DNA of 46,323 bases from a virus (lineage: Duplodnaviria; Caudoviricetes). The translations under genes and the position numbers were made by a program. This document shows, piece by piece, positions 42,901-46,323 of the stretch. Every line of letters starts with the position of its first letter. The first letter of the stretch is position 1. The notes beneath the pieces were generated by a model. That model was not told where the DNA came from and did no database searches. It saw nothing but the letters and a program-made list of their open reading frames with translations. The DNA is taken from positions 1 to 46,323 of IMG/VR virus record IMGVR_UViG_3300012352_000462; one strand, written 5' to 3'.

Positions 42901-45900
42901 GTTTGACAACGCTGCTATTGCCGAAGCTAAAAAGAACAAGGAAGCTAGATCAGCATCAGCCAAGAAGGGCTGGGAGACTAGAAGAGCAAATGCAGCAGCT
43001 ACCCCTACGACTGCTGCTACACCTACTCAGTCTGGCAGAGGCATGGCTGGTCGTATGGGCGGAGCTGCAACTACAGTTGGTATGGTAGCAATGGGTGCAT
43101 CGATGATGGGTGGCCCAGTAGGAGAGGTTGCTGGCCAAGTAGCAGGACCACTGATGATGGTAGGTATGCTATTCCAGATGCTTCCAACACCAATCGCAGC
43201 CGTAGTAGCTGGACTAGGGCTGATCGCAGTAGCAGGATTTGCACTAAAGGGTGCATTCGATAAAGCACAGGATTCAGCTTTGAAGCTGTCAGACACTCTT
43301 GGTTCTGGAGAGAACGCAATGCGTGGCTTTGCAAACTTTGCTGGAAATGTCAGTGCTGGCGAGATAATGGACAAGAGACGAAAAGATGAGCTGTCTATGT
43401 TCCAGGTACAGACTGGAAAGACTACATTTGGCGAAAGCTATGTTCAGGGTGAGCAGGGCAAGGCAATGGTTTCTGGTGTTAAGCAGTCAATGTCAACAAT
43501 GGGAAATGCAGCTACTCAGGCACAAATGGTTAACCAGATGGGTACAGCAATTGCATCTGGATCGCTAGACTTTGCTCAAGCTAAGAGTATTGTTGCAAAT
43601 ATTGCTAGCGAGCTAAACAACGAAGCTTTTGGAATTAACGTCATTGGTAAGCTTGAGCAGATGCTTGGTCCAAATGGAGAAGATCTAGCAAAGAGTCCTC
43701 TAGAAGTAAGAACTAAGCTAATACAGGAAACCCAGAATAACGTTAAGACTCAGGGTGCAAATATGCAGAAGGTAGCAGACCCAATCGCTACCCTTGGCAA
43801 GGCAGCACTGCTAACAGGTGAGCTAGCTGCAACAGGAGCACTAATAGGTTCTGCAATATTCCCAGGAATTGGAACTGCAGCAGGAGCAGTAGTTGGAACA
43901 GTGGCTGGTATAGCTACACAAGCAGGTAGCGTCGTTGACTCATTCACCAAGATGGGAACTGCTAGCGGTGCAACTGTAGCTACAGGAATCATGGCACTGC
44001 AGCAGCAACAAGAAATGCTAGATTCACTAGAACTTGACTACCAAAAGAGAATTGCAATTGCAAATGCAGCAGGCGATACCGCAAAGGCAGAAGAGCTACA
44101 GAATAAGCTAATAGAAGATAGAGCTGCAATTCTTGAGCAGAATAAGACAACAACTAAGGCTGTGCTAGACTCATATACAAATGCAGGTTGGGCTGGTCAG
44201 GGTGCCATGGGACAAGCTGTTGACAAGGCCATTGAGCAAAAGTATGCAGACGATCCACTAATGCAACAGGTAGCAAACAGTGCAAAGGACCAAATAGTTT
44301 CTGCATCTGGACTTGACCAAACTCAAGAGTACCAGATGAAGCTTATGCTTGCCACAGGAGATCTCGATCCGCTTACTGCACAAAATCTAATTAATACATT
44401 TGGTGGCGACAGCAAGACAATGACAAACGTCCTTGACGTTATGACTAACCTTGGTACCGCAGAAGGCAATCAAGCACTTCAAGTAATGAACATGTTTGTT
44501 GACGAAAATGGAAATCCAAAGCCAGAGCAACAGGCCAAGTTCATGGCTGACCTTGCTGTAAAGTCACCAGGAGATGCATCTAAGTATATAGACTTATTCC
44601 TAAATGCCAAGAATATCGGAAACGTCATGCCACTTGACGTTGTTATGTCATTCTATCAAAAGAATCCAAAGGCAGCAGAGGCCTGGCAAAAGCAGCTAGA
44701 CCAGATTAATGCTGTAGATGGCAAGATGTCTATGGACTTTGTTCAAAACCTAATCGGTGCAGAACAGTTTGAGGTTTTTAAGCAAAATCAAGCATATTTC
44801 GACTCTCTAGATCCACAACAGCAAAAAACCTATATGTCTACCTTTACAAACTTCATGAACATGGAGGGTGACCCAGACATGATGAAGGCGTACAAGGCAT
44901 GGCTAGCTGAGAATGGGTTCTCCGAAAAAGATAAGCCATTTGAAAGTTTTGCTGTGACAAAGGCCGTCAAGGTAACTAAGGATTCTGTAGATACTAGTTC
45001 AGCAGGTGGTACCACAACAAAGGCACCAAGTACTGGTGGCGGTGGAAAGAAAGACGATCCATACGAAGACATCCTAAAGCGTTTAAAGAACGTCCGTGAC
45101 GCATCTATCAATGCCCAGGGTGGACTAAAGGAGCTGTTGAGAGTTGCTGGCAAGGGTAAAGACATAAAGATTTTCCAGGGTGTTGAGCAGCAGCTATCTG
45201 GCAAGGGATTCTCTTCTGAGTTTGTTCAGTATATTGCAAATGCTGACAAGGCTACTCAAAAGCTAATGTATACCATGAAGAATGGTAAGGTAACCCTAAC
45301 CAGTACTGGTGTTGCCATGAAGAATGCCTTTAATGAAGCTATTATTGGTGAGTTCCAGGCAAAGCTAAAGCAGGGCACTGCAGACCTAAAGGCACAGGCA
45401 TCTGGATTCAAGTTGCTTCAAAAGTTTGGGGCATCAGCAGCAGAAGCACAGGAAATGACTGCAGATGCAGCATTTGCATCAGCATTAGCAAATGCAAAGT
45501 CTAAGACAGAAATTCAAAGACTTATTGCTGCACAAAGAGAGTATAACAAGCTTAAGAAAGAGCAAGAAGAGCGTGACAAGAGAATTGCTAAGCTTAAGTC
45601 AGCACAAGAAGGTGTTCAGGAAACTAACACAGGCTTTGCAGACCAACAAGCACTTCTAAAGAAGCTACAGGCAGACAAGACACTAACAGAAGAGCAAATT
45701 AAGGCAATCTTGAGTGATCCTAATTTGCAAACGCTTTACTTAAATCCAACAGTTGGAAATGCAGCAGACCTACAGAAGGCACTAGATAATGCCAAGCTAA
45801 AGGCTAAGGTAGAGCTAGATATAAAGAAGCTAACCGTAGAAGGCATGCAGGAAATCTTTGATGACGGATTTAACAAGGCTATGGAGGCATTCTCTGCACA

Positions 45901-46323
45901 GGAAAAGAAGATTGAGCTAAAGTTCCAGTCAGACAACAAGGGGCTTAACGATCTTGTAGAAGACACAGAAAGCAAGATTGCTGGTATTAATTATCAAATA
46001 GATGACTATCAGGCTGGCCTCAAGTTAATAGAAGACCAAGAAGAAGAGATAAATAAGAAGTACGATACCAAGCTGGATGCCCTAGATAAGATTGCCAAGG
46101 TTAATGATAAGATTGGTCGCCAGGCTAAGCAACAGCTATCTCTTGCAGATGCACTATCACAGGGTGATGTCTCTGCTGCAGCACGTGCAATGCAAGACGT
46201 TAAGTCTCAGCAAGCACAAGACGCACTTGACTCACAAAAAGATGCTATTGAGGCCAACAGAAATAGAGATCTTGCTGGAATAAATACAATTATAAATGGC
46301 AAAAAGCTAAGCAGGGTTCAGAT
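39986..46323 (+). CDS. Tape measure protein (>2100 aa, truncated by window end)
   Basis: ATG 39986 with GAGGTG SD, same frame at the window end; Ala/Gln/Lys-rich helical sequence; core KEGGINASEGANALKS; GPKGAGDVVPAMLSPGEAVIPA motif; absent from the ORF track because there is no stop. Confidence 0.9.
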   Translation, partial: MADAESNIRIDIDASGALASLKALQREISAFHSTMAKGSAAMAATSANLQKDLINNINATRQFSANMTTVRSGTESFTKALEGNKLSLGQYFRYAGASTQKFGRLFKGEFDTIEKVARERVKTLQTQYIKMGRDANGAIKAISIRPLALDMENLATKTQMAAMKQQMFNQLVKQGSTNLLNFGKNTQWAGRQLMVGFTIPLTYMGVAAGKAFMQMEEQAIKFKRVYGEMFTTAEETDKMVNDIQNLAKEFTKYGVAVVDTMEMAAKAASMGKTGADLLAQVTEANRLAVLGNVEQAQALETTISVTNAFGVATEELAGKINFLNAVENQTVTSIEDLTIAIPKAGPVVQQLGGDVEDLAFFLTAMKEGGINASEGANALKSGLASMINPTKKASEFLQGFGINLNGIVESNKGNVKGIVVEFAKALDTLDPLARAQAIEQLFGKFQFSRLSTLFQNVVAQGSQASRVLELTNATAEELAILSERELKRVEDSPMYKFKKAVEDLKVSLVPLGEAFVKAVTPIVEFAKDVLERFNALDDGAKSFIVGLTALLGVIGPVALMTFGLIANGAANIIKLFQGVGSIFGKVSGDSKSLGLSTQYMTQEQLEAEAIASSLNQTHARLIQTFTSEAGAVDKLTAAYNRSIAAQQRAMPGMAVKGAPVKKYADGVISVPGPKGAGDVVPAMLSPGEAVIPAKFAEKYAPLINAMVSGNIPGFVKGRGTPEKNITVQSQMARDYKQVYGEEKGTKVLSAAQKAIAAETRAITKEFKASQLLAKDNATNQVKLNREHLAQVDKSIKDARLWQLGSVTRPGAMVSNNLVQTMQSSPKNLKSFATYLAKAGATEAQKSNITKMLASGRSLTGKDEQLYGKALGLVDKDLKSGKATMGNRKGDAFTSGMRFSGAVSKGIDARYAALQGVDPSIKKAVVGDPVQAQKIADKVAKEHQDAKSKDTKATKESTKATQQATATTKQRQKFDNAAIAEAKKNKEARSASAKKGWETRRANAAATPTTAATPTQSGRGMAGRMGGAATTVGMVAMGASMMGGPVGEVAGQVAGPLMMVGMLFQMLPTPIAAVVAGLGLIAVAGFALKGAFDKAQDSALKLSDTLGSGENAMRGFANFAGNVSAGEIMDKRRKDELSMFQVQTGKTTFGESYVQGEQGKAMVSGVKQSMSTMGNAATQAQMVNQMGTAIASGSLDFAQAKSIVANIASELNNEAFGINVIGKLEQMLGPNGEDLAKSPLEVRTKLIQETQNNVKTQGANMQKVADPIATLGKAALLTGELAATGALIGSAIFPGIGTAAGAVVGTVAGIATQAGSVVDSFTKMGTASGATVATGIMALQQQQEMLDSLELDYQKRIAIANAAGDTAKAEELQNKLIEDRAAILEQNKTTTKAVLDSYTNAGWAGQGAMGQAVDKAIEQKYADDPLMQQVANSAKDQIVSASGLDQTQEYQMKLMLATGDLDPLTAQNLINTFGGDSKTMTNVLDVMTNLGTAEGNQALQVMNMFVDENGNPKPEQQAKFMADLAVKSPGDASKYIDLFLNAKNIGNVMPLDVVMSFYQKNPKAAEAWQKQLDQINAVDGKMSMDFVQNLIGAEQFEVFKQNQAYFDSLDPQQQKTYMSTFTNFMNMEGDPDMMKAYKAWLAENGFSEKDKPFESFAVTKAVKVTKDSVDTSSAGGTTTKAPSTGGGGKKDDPYEDILKRLKNVRDASINAQGGLKELLRVAGKGKDIKIFQGVEQQLSGKGFSSEFVQYIANADKATQKLMYTMKNGKVTLTSTGVAMKNAFNEAIIGEFQAKLKQGTADLKAQASGFKLLQKFGASAAEAQEMTADAAFASALANAKSKTEIQRLIAAQREYNKLKKEQEERDKRIAKLKSAQEGVQETNTGFADQQALLKKLQADKTLTEEQIKAILSDPNLQTLYLNPTVGNAADLQKALDNAKLKAKVELDIKKLTVEGMQEIFDDGFNKAMEAFSAQEKKIELKFQSDNKGLNDLVEDTESKIAGINYQIDDYQAGLKLIEDQEEEINKKYDTKLDALDKIAKVNDKIGRQAKQQLSLADALSQGDVSAAARAMQDVKSQQAQDALDSQKDAIEANRNRDLAGINTIINGKKLSRVQ

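Noticed and set aside
40252-46283. Short ORFs listed across the tape measure region, and antisense ORFs such as 32975-33700 and 16816-17334
   Set aside because: Shadow frames of long genuine genes; no SD or promoter and no recognisable motifs
1-46323. tRNA/rRNA genes, integrase, stop-codon reassignment
   Set aside because: None recognised by eye; genes tile densely under the standard code with TAA, TAG and TGA all used as stops (tRNAscan-SE not run)

Overview
The window is part of a large, AT-rich tailed-phage genome of siphovirus type. The AGAAAGGA Shine-Dalgarno sequences and many leaderless starts suggest an actinobacterial host, most likely a low-GC freshwater lineage (inference). (1) 1-6.65 kb is a minus-strand early array of about 25 mostly tiny genes, including a GP88-like protein, an HNH nuclease and Zn-ribbon microproteins. 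Most have their own promoter. (2) 6.9-9.6 kb holds two glycosyltransferases, a membrane protein and an AT-rich non-coding segment with a small-RNA-like hairpin. (3) 9.6-30.4 kb holds tail fibre and receptor-binding cassettes, interrupted by a minus-strand pair of secreted cell-wall hydrolases. (4) 30.8-46.3 kb holds portal, protease/scaffold, major capsid, head-tail and tail genes and a truncated tape measure gene. The strongest signal is the regulatory grammar of the early array. It carries 13 exactly spaced TGTC(A/T/C)(G/T)-N10-TANNNT promoters matching the host PafBC (RecA-NDp, -26 element) DNA-damage promoter. It also carries tandem NrdR-like operators far from any nrd gene, MtrA/GlnR-like and WhiA-like boxes, a six-copy unexplained module, two covarying pseudoknots and hairpins with anti-Shine-Dalgarno loops. 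Capsid and tail-tube proteins both end in Tyr-Tyr, which suggests a virion-glycosylation tag for the two glycosyltransferases. All family assignments come from motif recognition by eye; no database searches were run.
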